DNA of 61,974 nucleotides from Cyanophyceae cyanobacterium. GTDB taxonomy: Bacteria > Cyanobacteriota > Cyanobacteriia > Cyanobacteriales > JBHJGN01. Shown piece after piece: positions 1-10,427 of this stretch. The stretch lies in the NCBI GenBank assembly GCA_050331735.1, contig JBHJGN010000058.1, positions 1 to 61,974 on the forward strand, written 5' to 3'. A model generated the notes under the pieces. It had not been told where the DNA came from, did no database searches, and was given only the letters and a program-made list of their open reading frames with translations. The first letter of the stretch is position 1; the number at the start of each line of letters is the position of its first letter. Made by a program: the position numbers and the translations under genes.

Positions 1-80
1 GCAACTTTTCTGATCGAGCTATCACCTTTTTCTACGGCATCAATTATCTTTTCTCGCAAATCTAAGGAATAAGGCTTCAT
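1..80 (-). CDS. IS630-family transposase, N-terminal fragment (runs off the window)
   Basis: Hand translation gives MKPYSLDLREKIIDAVEKGDSSIRKVA. It is not in the supplied ORF track. Confidence 0.8.
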   Translation of the reverse strand, partial: MKPYSLDLREKIIDAVEKGDSSIRKV

Positions 81-139
81 CTGGCAACTTATTTTTACAA
101 TACTAGAGATTGTCCCCTATTTAGCTGCAAACTGCTGTA
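1..139 (-). mobile_element. End of an IS630-family insertion sequence (terminal repeat plus start of transposase; rest lies outside the window)
   Basis: The minus strand reads TA-CAGCAGTTTGCAGCTAAATAGGG..., an IS630-type end at a TA target (138-139). An ATG at 80 follows, encoding MKPYSLDLREKIIDAVEKGDSSIRKVA, the characteristic IS630 transposase N-terminal HTH (YSxDLR). Confidence 0.85.
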
Positions 140-468
140 AGATTTGCTCCTTGAAGAAACGCCCGATCCAAAAATGCTTTTTGAAGATTAGCTGCCTCAA
201 GAACTGCCTGCACTAGGTAGGTTCCTCTGAGAATAGCTTGACTCAGATTAGCTATCCTCAAATCTGCACCACCGAGAATCGCTGCACTCAGATTCGTACC
301 GCTTAGATTAGCGCCTTGCAGGTTAGCCCCCATTAAATAAGCTCCGCGCAAGTTTAAATTGCTGAGGTCGGCGTAACTGAGGTCGATGGGGTTCTCAACA
401 TTATCTTTGTGCAAATTCCAGTCGTATACTCCCCGTCGCAGCAAGGCGAAGTGTTCTTTATTTGCCAT
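121..468 (-). pseudogene. Pentapeptide-repeat protein, 3'-truncated by the IS630 insertion
   Basis: It has the cyanobacterial MANxEH-type start and A(D/N)LxxA repeats. The repeats stop at GANL and the last residues (TAVCS*) are read from the IS end. Confidence 0.75.
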
Positions 469-590
469 TTGCTCCTGCGTGGTATCTAGCTTGTAGGGCT
501 AGCACTAGTAAACATACTTAGCGGCTCGATCGGTCGTCTCTATCTGCGGGAAGATCCCTATCAGGATTGAAGCTTCAAAAAAGCTTAGCA

Positions 591-779
591 TCAACCTTCA
601 TAGTCGCTATCGATTTCAACATCTAGCGTCTCTTCATCGACTCGCAAGTAGAGTACGTTAGGACGACAGCACACTTGACAATCTTCCACATAAGATTGTT
701 GACTGCCAGCGCTGAGATCTACAAACGTCGTGTTGGATTCGCCGCAGAAGGCACAGATGTAGTCAGTAGTTGTTTGCAT
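591..779 (-). CDS. CPXCG-motif cysteine-rich small protein
   Basis: CAFCGE...YVEDCQVCCRP zinc-ribbon pattern. Confidence 0.85.
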   Translation of the reverse strand: MQTTTDYICAFCGESNTTFVDLSAGSQQSYVEDCQVCCRPNVLYLRVDEETLDVEIDSDYEG

Positions 780-880
780 TTATAGAAGAACTTATGCTTT
801 GGGAGTTACAGTTGCACATCTTAGGTATTTGTTGATTGTTGATTGTCCTCTGATTCCTCGGTTTGTAGACCTGATACTGT

Positions 881-2509
881 TTAAGAATTGCCAAGTACAG
901 GTTGTCGCTGCTGGAAATAACTCTTGGCATCGTCGAGGTGCTTGATTAAGGTTAACTGGGGTAGTGGACCCTGTAGATGACTCCAGGGGAGTACTTGCTC
1001 GGTTTGCCAGTCAGCATGGACGTAGTACTCTAACTCTGGCAGGTGTCCTTTGAGCTGCTTGAAAGCCCGCCTGTAGCTACCAACGGAATCTCCGAACTGG
1101 CGGGTAAGTTCTAGGAGATGAGAAAGACGGCGATCGCCTCTGGACATCAGTGCCTGAATTACCGACCAGTTATAGCTTTCGGGTCGAAAATCAATACCGT
1201 TGCGTCCGAGCTGCTTCTGCAAAAACTTGAGTCGCTGCTGCGCTTGGGGGTTTACACCAAACCACTGAAACGGCGTATGGGATTTCGGTACGAAGGTACT
1301 GCACCCAAACGTAATTCGTAATCCAGGAGCCGCCTTTTTCACCGCCTGTAACATGGCGACAGTGGCTTCGACATCCGTTTGCTCTTCTCCGGGGACTCCT
1401 ACCATCCCGTAGAACTTAATCGCCTGTAATCCTCCTGCTTTGGCGTTGACCGCTGCCTGAATAATCTCGTCATTCGTCAGCTTTTTGTTCACAATTTGCC
1501 GCAGCTTTTCGGAGCCGCTTTCAACAGCAATGGTAATCGAGCGAGTATCCCGACTAGCTAGGGTACGGGCTAATTTTTCAGTAACGGTGTTGGTACGAAC
1601 TGAAGCAATACTGAGCCGAACCGGCTCGTACTGCGGCTGAGCAAGATGATCGAGAAGTGTCTCAAATTCAGGATGTTGCGTCACCGAGGCTCCCAGTAAC
1701 CCAATGCGATTCGTGGCGGTTAACCCCCGCTCAATCGCCGGGATCAAACTGTCTACACTCCCCGTCCGAAATGGCAGAGTCAGGTAGCTTGCTAAGCAAA
1801 AGCGGCACATTTCCGGGCAGCTTCGCACCACTTCTACCATGTAGATGTTTTCCCAAGCCGCGTTAGGGGTGACAACGGTAGAGGCAGAGAGTGTGTTGCC
1901 CCGATAGGTTTGCTTGTGGACCTGAGCCGGAATAGCGGCATCGACAGGTTGAATAGAGTGAATGGGTCCGCCAGCCTCATAGGAGACGTTGTATAGACTC
2001 GGAACGTAGACTCCCGGAACCTGCGCGAGATGGCGTAACTGCGTCGTGCGATCGCTTCCTCTCACTGCTTTATACGCCTCAATCAACGCAGGCAGCAGAT
2101 TTTCCCCGTCTCCTAGCAAAATCAGATCGAAAAAGTCAGCAAACGGCTCTGGATTCGCCGTGAGGACAGGACCGCCGCCGAAAACGAGTGGATGAGCCGC
2201 TTCTCTCTCTGCTGCTCGAACTGGAATCTCTAATGACTCAAGCATATTGAGCAAGTTGACGTAATCTAGCTCCCAGGAGAAAGAAAAGCCCAGCAGTTCT
2301 GGCTGACGCGGCAAGGTTTCTTGAGCATCGGTAAATAAACGGCTCACCTGAACGTCTGAGCGCAGCGCCAGAGTTGTCCACACAATCTGATAGCCGAGGC
2401 TGGTAATGCCAACGCTATACTCGTTAGGAAAAGCAAAGATAATCGGAATCGCGTTCGTTTCCGGGGACGCTGGGGTAAACAGCAGGCGTTCGCTGGCAAA
2501 TATAGTCAA
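881..2509 (-). CDS. B12-binding-domain radical SAM protein
   Basis: CPEMCRFC (CxxxCxxC) motif, an N-terminal FPNEYSVGITSLG segment and a GGPVLTANPEP motif. Confidence 0.9.
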   Translation of the reverse strand: MTIFASERLLFTPASPETNAIPIIFAFPNEYSVGITSLGYQIVWTTLALRSDVQVSRLFTDAQETLPRQPELLGFSFSWELDYVNLLNMLESLEIPVRAAEREAAHPLVFGGGPVLTANPEPFADFFDLILLGDGENLLPALIEAYKAVRGSDRTTQLRHLAQVPGVYVPSLYNVSYEAGGPIHSIQPVDAAIPAQVHKQTYRGNTLSASTVVTPNAAWENIYMVEVVRSCPEMCRFCLASYLTLPFRTGSVDSLIPAIERGLTATNRIGLLGASVTQHPEFETLLDHLAQPQYEPVRLSIASVRTNTVTEKLARTLASRDTRSITIAVESGSEKLRQIVNKKLTNDEIIQAAVNAKAGGLQAIKFYGMVGVPGEEQTDVEATVAMLQAVKKAAPGLRITFGCSTFVPKSHTPFQWFGVNPQAQQRLKFLQKQLGRNGIDFRPESYNWSVIQALMSRGDRRLSHLLELTRQFGDSVGSYRRAFKQLKGHLPELEYYVHADWQTEQVLPWSHLQGPLPQLTLIKHLDDAKSYFQQRQPVLGNS

Positions 2510-2549
2510 AGGAAAGAGCCAAATTCTAAACTTCTTTCATTGTAAATAA

Positions 2550-2706
2550 GTCCCTTTGGGACGGGGAAAGGGGAAGGGGGAAGGGGGAAAGGGGAAGGGG
2601 AGTAATTACCAAGTTTTTCTTTAAATCCTGTGTTCTTTCCTCGTCCCGCTAGGGACAATTTTCCCTTTCCCCGTCCGGAGGGACAGTTTCCCCGCAGCTT
2701 CGCTGC
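2550..2706. repeat. Composite (GGGGAAA)n...(TTTCCCC)n intergenic repeat with embedded mini-hairpins
   Basis: Purine arm at 2563-2601 and a pyrimidine arm. Hairpins GTCCC-TTT-GGGAC (2550-2562), GTCCC-GCTA-GGGAC (2643-2656) and GCAGC-TTC-GCTGC (2694-2706). Closely similar to 55345-55472. Confidence 0.85.
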
Positions 2707-5700
2707 TTAATTCTCTGGTACTGGTCCTTCTAGAGCGGGAGCGAGTTCTTCTACGGGTCTGACAATGGCTGGAGCCTCTGACTCTGGGGTAAAAATGGCT
2801 TCTAGTGCCGCCTCTAGCGTTTCTGCCATGACGATGTTGCTTTCGTATACCACAATAACCCGGGCTAGGGTTGGCAGACTGTTCTGCTCGGCTTCTAGGT
2901 ACAGCGGCTCTACGTAGAGCAGCGATTGCTCGATGGGAATTACTAACAGATTTCCCTGAATCACCCGCGATCCTTCTCGGTTCCAGAGAGAAATTTGCTG
3001 AGAAATAATCGGGTCTTGGTTAATTAGCGCCTCAATCTGATTCGGACCGTATACTAGCTCTTGTTTAGGAAACTGATACAGCAGCAGGTTGCCGTACTCT
3101 TCTCCGTCCGAACGACCCGCTAGCCAAGCATTTAGGTTCGGACGACTGATCGGGGTATAGGGATGAATCAGAATAAATTCTTCTGAGGTTGCCGTTGGCA
3201 GTTTAATGATGAGGTAGTAGGGTTCGATGGGTTGAGCTTCGGTTCCGTAAATTTCTTGGGGAATTTGCCACTGGTCTTCCCGGTTGTAGAATACCTGTGG
3301 GTCGGTCATGTGGTAGGTCAGTAAGCGCTCGGACTGAGTACTAAAGAGATCTTGCGGGTAGCGAATATGGCTCCGCAGAGTTGCAGGCATCGCTGCTAGC
3401 GGTTGAAACAGTTCGGGAAAAATTTTGTCCCAGGTCTGAATAATTGGGTCGCTCGGATTAGCAATATAGAAAGCAACGTCGCCATTGTAGGCATCGACGA
3501 CTACCTTAACCGAGTTCCGCAGGTAGTTAAAGTTGTTTTCTCCTGGATCTGAGTAGGGATAGCGATCGCTGGCGGTATAGGCATCAATAATCCAGTAGAG
3601 ATAGTGGGCTGGTTGGGATTCGTCCCCGTCAGCGACGACGAGGTAGGGGTCGCGGTCATAGCGTAAAAACGGGGCGATCGCCCGAACGCGGCGATTGATG
3701 TTGCGTCGAAACAGCAGCTTGGTTTGCGGGGTAAAGTTATCGGTAAACAGCATCTGCCAGTCTTTAAGGTAGGAGGCAAACAGCAGCCGTCGCCAGGCAG
3801 CACCAATGTTGATTCCTCCCGCGCCGTCGTAGGTAAAATAAACGTTTTCGTCGCCGCTGGGAAAGTCAAACTCTAGGGCTTCTGTGTCGGTCATGATGTA
3901 GTTATCGGTCATTTCCCCGTAGTAGATGCGCGGCTTTCCAATCGGGATACTGTCTCGGATCAGTTCGCTGGAGGTTTGCAGCGCTCCCTCATCATCTCCT
4001 GTGCCAATATTTCTGACGTAGTAGAAGGGCAGTCCTCCCTCGGCCACTAAGTTGACAGGAGAGAGGGTAAAACCATAGCCGTGGGTATAAACGAGGTGTC
4101 TGTTGACCCAGGTTTTAGCCTGCTGTGGGACTTCGCTGTAGTCGAGTTCCCGGGCGGCAATAATCACCTGCTGTCTTTCGGTTGCGGGGGTGGGCGGTTG
4201 TGGGGTCGGAACGGGAACAAAGTCAGAGTCGGTTTGTGCTTCCGGCAACGGAGTTCCGGCAGTATCGGCCACGTTTTCTGTAAGCAGCGTATAGCGGTCG
4301 ATATCGGCGTCGGGAAATCGATAGTAAAGTCGAATCTGCTGAAGTTGACGATTCGTTTGTAGAATCGGACGAGTATCCCACAGCCGGATATTATCGATGG
4401 TGAGGTCGTTTTCGGCAATATCTTCGGCGGTGAGTTGACCTTGAGGGTCGAAGGTTTGTACCTCAATGTCGTCTAGATCGAACGCTGAGCGGGTGAGGGC
4501 GATACTCCGCTCGATGTAGGGACGTTCTAAATCTAGCTCGTTGGGTTGAACGACTAAGCGCTGAACCGTCTCGCTCCCGATAGCCCCAGATATTAACAAA
4601 ACGAGATAAATCAGGAATGGCCAGGGCGAGAACGGAATCTGCCGCCGCCTGCGGGAATAGGAAGTCATTTGTCCTTTTCCCGACCCCGTGATTGCTTTGA
4701 GCAATAGCCAGACGGCGATCGCGATCGCTGCTACAGATAACACGGTTTCAATAGGCAACTGGACTTTCGCATCGGTGTAGCTCATGCCGTAGGTCACGCC
4801 GCGCTCTGAATAGAGTAACTGATAGCGCTCTAGCCAATGATGGAGACCCAGAGTGAGCATGACTGCACCGCCCAACGCATAGAGATGCCGCAGTTGGAGA
4901 CGAGAAAACCCAGGGAACTTGCCCTGCGATAGACTGTCTCCAGAGAGTAAATAGGCGAGGGTAACAGCGACCAAGGCATACAAAAACAGTCCTCCTAGCC
5001 AGAAATCGAGCAGTTGCCACAGGGGAAAGCGAAACAGATAAAAGCTAATATTGTTGCCAAACACCGGGTCGCTTTGCTCGAAAGGGGTGGGGCTGAAATA
5101 CTGCAACCCTCTTGCCCAGTTCCCCGCCATTACTAGCCCAAATACAAAGCTGAACCCAACGGCGATCGCCCGCAGCCAAAACCGCTGATTCAGCAGCAGC
5201 ACCACGGCCACTCCCACCACGGCCCCAATGCGCCACAGTCGCTCAACCACCTCCCTCAGAAAGCGCGGCGAGAGGGAGACATCAAACCGAGACGGCAGGG
5301 GTGGCGTTACGTTGGTGAGGCTATAATCGGGTCGCCAGACCGAAATAGCAACCTCCGTGTAGTAGACCAGCATTAAGGCGATCAGCAGACTGAATCCGAG
5401 CGTAATCGTCAGCAGCGAGGGGAGCCCAAGAAAGCGCGATTGAGGAGTAACAGAGCGTACTGGCTCCTCCTGAGCCGAGTCAGCGGATAAGACACCGGGA
5501 GACGGAGCTTGCGGTGTCCGTTGGTTAACAGGCCATTGCCACCGCTGAGCAAACGACAAATTTCCCCATAAGAAGGCCAGCGAAACGCCACTAGCGATCG
5601 CCCACAGACCGAGCTGGGTCTGCAACCGCCGGATAAACGTCAGCAGATAATTGACTTCCTGAAACCAAAAAAGTTCTGCTGCTAAATAAGCCAGCAACGA

Positions 5701-5772
5701 CAGGACTAAACCGATCGCGAACAGCACGATCAGCACTTGTAGAAGACGGTCCCAGAAGCGTTTTGGCATCAA
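2707..5772 (-). CDS. UPF0182 family membrane protein
   Basis: Multiple N-terminal TM helices; [27 protein letters not shown] and YVEPLYL motifs. The exact start is uncertain. Confidence 0.92.
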   Translation of the reverse strand: MMPKRFWDRLLQVLIVLFAIGLVLSLLAYLAAELFWFQEVNYLLTFIRRLQTQLGLWAIASGVSLAFLWGNLSFAQRWQWPVNQRTPQAPSPGVLSADSAQEEPVRSVTPQSRFLGLPSLLTITLGFSLLIALMLVYYTEVAISVWRPDYSLTNVTPPLPSRFDVSLSPRFLREVVERLWRIGAVVGVAVVLLLNQRFWLRAIAVGFSFVFGLVMAGNWARGLQYFSPTPFEQSDPVFGNNISFYLFRFPLWQLLDFWLGGLFLYALVAVTLAYLLSGDSLSQGKFPGFSRLQLRHLYALGGAVMLTLGLHHWLERYQLLYSERGVTYGMSYTDAKVQLPIETVLSVAAIAIAVWLLLKAITGSGKGQMTSYSRRRRQIPFSPWPFLIYLVLLISGAIGSETVQRLVVQPNELDLERPYIERSIALTRSAFDLDDIEVQTFDPQGQLTAEDIAENDLTIDNIRLWDTRPILQTNRQLQQIRLYYRFPDADIDRYTLLTENVADTAGTPLPEAQTDSDFVPVPTPQPPTPATERQQVIIAARELDYSEVPQQAKTWVNRHLVYTHGYGFTLSPVNLVAEGGLPFYYVRNIGTGDDEGALQTSSELIRDSIPIGKPRIYYGEMTDNYIMTDTEALEFDFPSGDENVYFTYDGAGGINIGAAWRRLLFASYLKDWQMLFTDNFTPQTKLLFRRNINRRVRAIAPFLRYDRDPYLVVADGDESQPAHYLYWIIDAYTASDRYPYSDPGENNFNYLRNSVKVVVDAYNGDVAFYIANPSDPIIQTWDKIFPELFQPLAAMPATLRSHIRYPQDLFSTQSERLLTYHMTDPQVFYNREDQWQIPQEIYGTEAQPIEPYYLIIKLPTATSEEFILIHPYTPISRPNLNAWLAGRSDGEEYGNLLLYQFPKQELVYGPNQIEALINQDPIISQQISLWNREGSRVIQGNLLVIPIEQSLLYVEPLYLEAEQNSLPTLARVIVVYESNIVMAETLEAALEAIFTPESEAPAIVRPVEELAPALEGPVPEN

Positions 5773-5781
5773 TACAGCGCC

Positions 5782-6088
5782 GGGGAAAGTCGCTCCGCGA
5801 CGGGGAAAGGGTAAAGGGGAAGGGGAAAAGGGGGAGACGTATGAGTGGCTGTTTCCCTTTTTCTCGTCCTGTAGAAGACTTGTTTGGCTATTTACATTGT
5901 GACAGATAATTCATTTTCCGAAGGGAAAGTCGCTCCGCGACGGGGAAAGGGAAGGTTCTTGAAGAACAAGACAAGCAGACAAGATTGAGGAACAAGCTGA
6001 TTTATTCTCCCTTTCCCCCTTTCCCTTTGCCCTTTTCCCGCGCCGCAGGCGCTATCCCTTTGCCCTTTTCCCGCGACGCAGGCGCTTT
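5782..6088. repeat. Cluster of the same composite purine/pyrimidine repeat between UPF0182 and mutM
   Basis: GGGAAAGTCGCTCCGCGACGGGGAAAGGG occurs at 5783 and 5923. The core AATAAATCAGCTTGTTCCT is on the minus strand near 5988-6006. Hairpin GCGCC-GCA-GGCGC at 6040-6052 and a variant at 6073-6085. Confidence 0.85.
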
Positions 6089-6921
6089 TGGCAGCAAGGA
6101 CAAAAGTGAGCCGAACGTCCCGTCAACCGGATCCGCTCAATGGGGGTACCGCAAAAGCGGCAGGGTTCTCCTTGGCGACCATACACCCAGGCAACACCTC
6201 CGTAATTGCCCTTGACCCCTAACAGGTTGAGAAAGCCGCTAAAGGTTGTGCCGCCTCGGTCGATCGCTGCCTGCAAAACTTCAATAATTGCCTGACGTAG
6301 GCGCTTGACCTGTTCTGGTGTAAGGGTGCAGGCCGCTTCTTGTGGATGAATCTGGCTTTTAAAGAGCGATTCGTCGGCGTAAATATTGCCCAGTCCGGCA
6401 ACAACTCTTTGATCGAGGAGCAACGTTTTAATCGCGCGGCGACTCTTTGTGAGGCGATCGCTCAAATACTCAAAAGAAAATTCAGCCGAAAACGGCTCTG
6501 GTCCGAGCAACTGAAGCCCCGTCACAATCTGCTGCTGCGGGTGTTCTGGCGGCACCCACCACATCTGACCGAACTGCCGCATATCGACAAACCGCAATTC
6601 CTGTTCTTCCTGAAGAAACAACCGGATGCGAGTGTGTTTTTGCAGCGGTTCATGGACCGACAGCCACAGCAGTTGACCCGTCATGCGCAGATGGACTCCT
6701 AACCAGCCAGCAGAGCCGTTTTTCTGTAGTTGAGCCAGGAGGTATTTGCCTCGTCGCTGCCACTGAACGAAGGTCGTTCCGGTGATGCCAGCGATAAAGG
6801 TAGCTGGGGAAGGGTGGGCCAGCGAGCGCGCTAGCAACACTTCCCCCCCCTGAATGGTTTGTCCGAGTGTAATTTGATTTAACCCTCGACAAACTGTTTC
6901 GACTTCTGGCAGTTCTGGCAC
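6052..6921 (-). CDS. mutM: Formamidopyrimidine-DNA glycosylase
   Basis: N-terminal PELPEVE, RRGKYL, HLRMTG, H2TH GLGNIYADE and C-terminal zinc finger CRFC...CPCC. Confidence 0.97.
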   Translation of the reverse strand: MPELPEVETVCRGLNQITLGQTIQGGEVLLARSLAHPSPATFIAGITGTTFVQWQRRGKYLLAQLQKNGSAGWLGVHLRMTGQLLWLSVHEPLQKHTRIRLFLQEEQELRFVDMRQFGQMWWVPPEHPQQQIVTGLQLLGPEPFSAEFSFEYLSDRLTKSRRAIKTLLLDQRVVAGLGNIYADESLFKSQIHPQEAACTLTPEQVKRLRQAIIEVLQAAIDRGGTTFSGFLNLLGVKGNYGGVAWVYGRQGEPCRFCGTPIERIRLTGRSAHFCPCCQKRLRRGKRAKG

Positions 6922-6924
6922 TGC

Positions 6925-7308
6925 TTAACGAGCTTCGGTGCCTTGGTTAGGATCGCCCTCTTGCTTTTTGCTGCCTTCGGGTGATTCTGGTGAAGCGGCG
7001 GGCTTTTCTTGTCCGACTGCACCGCTACCGGTTCGGCGCTGTTGCGGATCGAGCTTGGTTTGCTTGCCGCCGGATGCTGTCGGCGTTGCCTTTTTACCTC
7101 CGGCTTTCTTCTTTTTGGGAGCCTCAATTTCTAGCACTTCGTCTTCGCCAAAGTTGTTGGTGTTGACGCCGGCGTAGTTCACTTTGTCAAAGCGAACGAT
7201 CACCGGGTAAATAATGCCGCTTTTATCGACACTAGCTACTTGACCAACATCTTGATACCAGTAAGATTCTTTGCGCAGAATTCTAACTTTTGAACCGCGT
7301 TCTACCAT
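6925..7308 (-). CDS. psaE: Photosystem I subunit IV (PsaE) with a long C-terminal extension
   Basis: [15 protein letters not shown]...[20 protein letters not shown] is the PsaE core. It lies 3 bp upstream of mutM. Confidence 0.95.
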   Translation of the reverse strand: MVERGSKVRILRKESYWYQDVGQVASVDKSGIIYPVIVRFDKVNYAGVNTNNFGEDEVLEIEAPKKKKAGGKKATPTASGGKQTKLDPQQRRTGSGAVGQEKPAASPESPEGSKKQEGDPNQGTEAR

Positions 7309-7460
7309 AGTAATTTTCCTTATTCTTTTAGATAAAAGCCTACACCTCGAACGGGACTCTCAGCTCAGATCTTAGTTTAAGAATTATTGCAGCTCTGCTT
7401 CTGCGAGGCAGGCGATCGCTGGCCAGACAGCGCTTAGCAAATTCGGCGGGGCTTGTCCGT

Positions 7461-7745
7461 TTACGAAATCATTTCATCTTCTGGGGAATCTGACAGGGGC
7501 AGCGGACAACAGTTAACATCATCAAGACAGACTTTTCCCCACTGTAGCCCCCAGCGGACTAGCTCCACTCGGTTTCCGGTCTCTGTTTTATCCAAAATAT
7601 TGCTGACGTGGTTATCCACAGTTCTCTTACTAATGTCTAGCTTTTGAGCGATTCCGAGATTCGTTAAACCAGCGGCTACTAGCTCAAGAATTTCTAGCTC
7701 TCGCTCCGAAAGCGATGCTGAGGGCTTCAACTCACCATTCGCCAT
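7461..7745 (-). CDS. pedR: Small LuxR-type regulator PedR
   Basis: Stand-alone LuxR HTH (LSERELEILELVAAGLTN...ISKRTVDNHVSNIL) with C-terminal GKVCLDDVNCC cysteines. The ATG at 7745 is preferred over the longer track ORF. Confidence 0.85.
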   Translation of the reverse strand: MANGELKPSASLSERELEILELVAAGLTNLGIAQKLDISKRTVDNHVSNILDKTETGNRVELVRWGLQWGKVCLDDVNCCPLPLSDSPEDEMIS

Positions 7746-7986
7746 AGATATTTTCCTAGGTACATACACTCACTTTTTCTATTGTAAAAGATAGTTAAGT
7801 CGCTCAACAAACCGAAAAGAATTTAGGGTTCGTTTCTTGTCGTGGCGGGACAATGGTACTCTGGGGAGAGTAATTGCTCCACGAGCAGTTTTAAGTACCG
7901 TCATTCATAACGTCACAAGCTGTTAATTCTTAGCTCAAGATTGCGAACAGCTTATCTCCGCTGATTGATGACCGACCATTAAAAAC

Positions 7987-8985
7987 ATGCAAAATCCTCG
8001 TGTTATTTGCCTTGGTGAAGTCCTATTTGACCTCATTGCCGATCAAAAGGGACGAGCGTTAGCAGAGGTAGAATCCTGGAGTGCCTATCCAGGAGGGGCT
8101 CCCGCTAATGTCGCCTGTGCCCTGGTTAAGCTGGGTACTCCCACCGCTTTTGTCGGCTGCGTAGGGGAGGATCGCGCCGGGACAGAACTGGTTGAGCTAT
8201 TGCAGTCTGTGGGGGTAGAGACCTCCGGGATTCAGCGGCATCCCAGTGCGCCGACTCGCCAAGTGTATACACTTCGTTCTGCGGGGGGCGATCGCTCATT
8301 TGTTGGGTTTAGCTACGGTGACGCAGCGCAGCCAGAGATGCTCGCTCCAGATCGCTTTGCCGATGCCTATCTCCAGGCAGATTATCTGCCTTCAGAGCTA
8401 TTTGCCGAGGCAGATTTTTTAATTACTGGCACTCTAGAGTTAGCGTATGCCCACTCCCAAGCAGCGGTACTTCGCGCTCTTGAATTGGCGAAGCAGTACG
8501 AAGTGAAAATAATGGTGGATGTGAACTGGCGACCAATTTTTTGGAAAGATGACGAGCAGGCTAAGCAGGAAATTGAAAAACTCTGGCCGTTGCTGGACTT
8601 TCTGAAGGTGTCTCAAGAAGAAGCCGAGTGGCTGTTTGGGTCGGCGGATGCCGGAGAGATTGCCCGTCAGCTTGGTGCGGCTGAGGGAGTGGTGGTTTCA
8701 GCGGGCGATGCACCGGTTAGCTACTATTTGGGCGGAAGCGCCGGGACAGTAGCGCCTTTTGACGTAGATGTTCAAGACACAACCGGAGCCGGGGATAGCT
8801 TTGTTGCCGGGATTGTGCATCAGCTCGTGCAGCAAGGTCTAGGCTGTCTGAGTGACCCGAAAAAAGCCCAAGCAGTCATTGCCTACGCCTGTGCCGTAGG
8901 CGGAATGACGGCAACCAAAGCCGGAGCGATCGCCTCGCAACCCACTGCTGCCGAGGTAGAGACGTTTTTGCAGAAAATGTCTTAG
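7987..8985 (+). CDS. PfkB-family carbohydrate kinase (fructokinase-like)
   Basis: GGAPANVA and DTTGAGDSF PfkB signatures; DVNWR. Confidence 0.92.
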   Translation: MQNPRVICLGEVLFDLIADQKGRALAEVESWSAYPGGAPANVACALVKLGTPTAFVGCVGEDRAGTELVELLQSVGVETSGIQRHPSAPTRQVYTLRSAGGDRSFVGFSYGDAAQPEMLAPDRFADAYLQADYLPSELFAEADFLITGTLELAYAHSQAAVLRALELAKQYEVKIMVDVNWRPIFWKDDEQAKQEIEKLWPLLDFLKVSQEEAEWLFGSADAGEIARQLGAAEGVVVSAGDAPVSYYLGGSAGTVAPFDVDVQDTTGAGDSFVAGIVHQLVQQGLGCLSDPKKAQAVIAYACAVGGMTATKAGAIASQPTAAEVETFLQKMS

Positions 8986-9065
8986 CAGCGTCAGAAGTTT
9001 TAGTCAGCAGGCAGCAAACTATGCTCATAACCGAGTCAAGCTAAGCGCTAATAGCTCAGTGAAAT

Positions 9066-10121
9066 TTAATGCCTGGGCAGTCTGAGCGAGTCGGAGCCGA
9101 TGGGCAGCAGAATCTGACTGAGCTGGCGGAGCTGTTCTGCCGTTCCCATACAAATGAGTAAATCTCCGGCGAGGAGCTGAGTATCGCCAGTGGGTCCGCC
9201 AATGAGCGTACCATCTTCCCGACGCACAGCTAACACCAGAGCGCCCGATTGCGATCGCAGGCGAGCCTGCCGCAGGTTTTGCCCCACCAGCGGGCACGAC
9301 TGCGCGTCGATGAGAAATTCTTCCATGTAGAAGGAGCGATCGGTGCCGGTGAGGATCCCGTCTACAAAATCCATCACCTGGGGTCGAAGGGCGGCGGCGG
9401 CTAGCCGTCTTCCCCCGGTAATGTAGGGGGAAACCACCGCGTCGGCCCCGGCCCGCTGTAGCTTCTGCACCGCTTCTTCGGTGCTGGCGCGAGCGATCGC
9501 CCGAATTTGCGGGTTAAGAGATTTGGCAGAGAGAACAGTGTAGAGATTTTCGGCATCCGAGCGCAGGGCCGCGACCAAACAGACGGCTTTTTCAATCTTG
9601 GCCCCCAGCAGAGAATCATCGAGGGTCGCATCTCCCTGAAGTACCGAATAGTCGAGTTCTTTAGCGGCTTCCACCTGCTCCGGCTCTAAATCGATAACGA
9701 TAAAGGGAATCCCTTCTGCTTGGAATTCCAGAGCAATCTGTCGTCCTGTTCGTCCGAACCCGCAGACAATATAGTGTTTGTCGAGTGTATCGATCAATCG
9801 CTTTTGCTGCCTCCTGCGCAATCCTTCTTGAAAATAGCCGACAATGAGGGCTTCGGTAAATCGGTTGACGATGTAACCAATGGTAATCAACCCCATCAAG
9901 ATTAACCCAATCGTAAACAGGCGTGATCGCTCTCCCAGGGGACGCACTTCCGAAAACCCCACAGTGGAGAGGGTAATCATCGTCATATAGGCGGCTTCCG
10001 AGAGGGACCATTGCTCAATCAGCCAATACCAGAGGGTGCCAACGAGAAAAATCGCTCCGAGAACCAGCCCCCCGGCTAGCAACTGCTGTCGTAACCGTTG
10101 TTCTTGCTTGAAGGTATACAA
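9066..10121 (-). CDS. Potassium channel with RCK (TrkA-N/TrkA-C) domains
   Basis: Two TM helices plus pore motif TLSTVGF, Rossmann motif VCGFGRTG and a TrkA-C domain. Confidence 0.92.
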   Translation of the reverse strand: MYTFKQEQRLRQQLLAGGLVLGAIFLVGTLWYWLIEQWSLSEAAYMTMITLSTVGFSEVRPLGERSRLFTIGLILMGLITIGYIVNRFTEALIVGYFQEGLRRRQQKRLIDTLDKHYIVCGFGRTGRQIALEFQAEGIPFIVIDLEPEQVEAAKELDYSVLQGDATLDDSLLGAKIEKAVCLVAALRSDAENLYTVLSAKSLNPQIRAIARASTEEAVQKLQRAGADAVVSPYITGGRRLAAAALRPQVMDFVDGILTGTDRSFYMEEFLIDAQSCPLVGQNLRQARLRSQSGALVLAVRREDGTLIGGPTGDTQLLAGDLLICMGTAEQLRQLSQILLPIGSDSLRLPRH

Positions 10122-10427
10122 AGCAACTCAGTCCTGGTTAATTTCCACTCGTGCTGAACGCTATTCTAGGCTAGATTTTTGCCGACGAGCGTTAGCTACT
10201 CCACAATCGGGACATTGACTAGAGTCACCAGGGTGGTCGGAATTTTTGGAACGAATCGCGTACACTGATTCCAGATACACATGGCCTGGGTTGAGTTAGT
10301 GATGAGGGCGCATGTCAGCATCCCGCCACGAACTTTCCTAGGGCGTTGGCGAAGCTCCTCCATAGGAGACACTGAATTCGTTATGGCTGAACACAAAAAG
10401 CCATCGCTGGGTAGCTAAGAGGTACTA

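Noticed and set aside
5985..6215. 76-aa plus-strand ORF with repeated PLPFSR
   Set aside because: It is a translation of the pyrimidine arm of the repeat and is antisense to mutM.
10130..10427. Intergenic region with a 66-aa ORF as a possible ncRNA or small gene
   Set aside because: No recognisable structure or motif was found. It is most simply a divergent promoter region.
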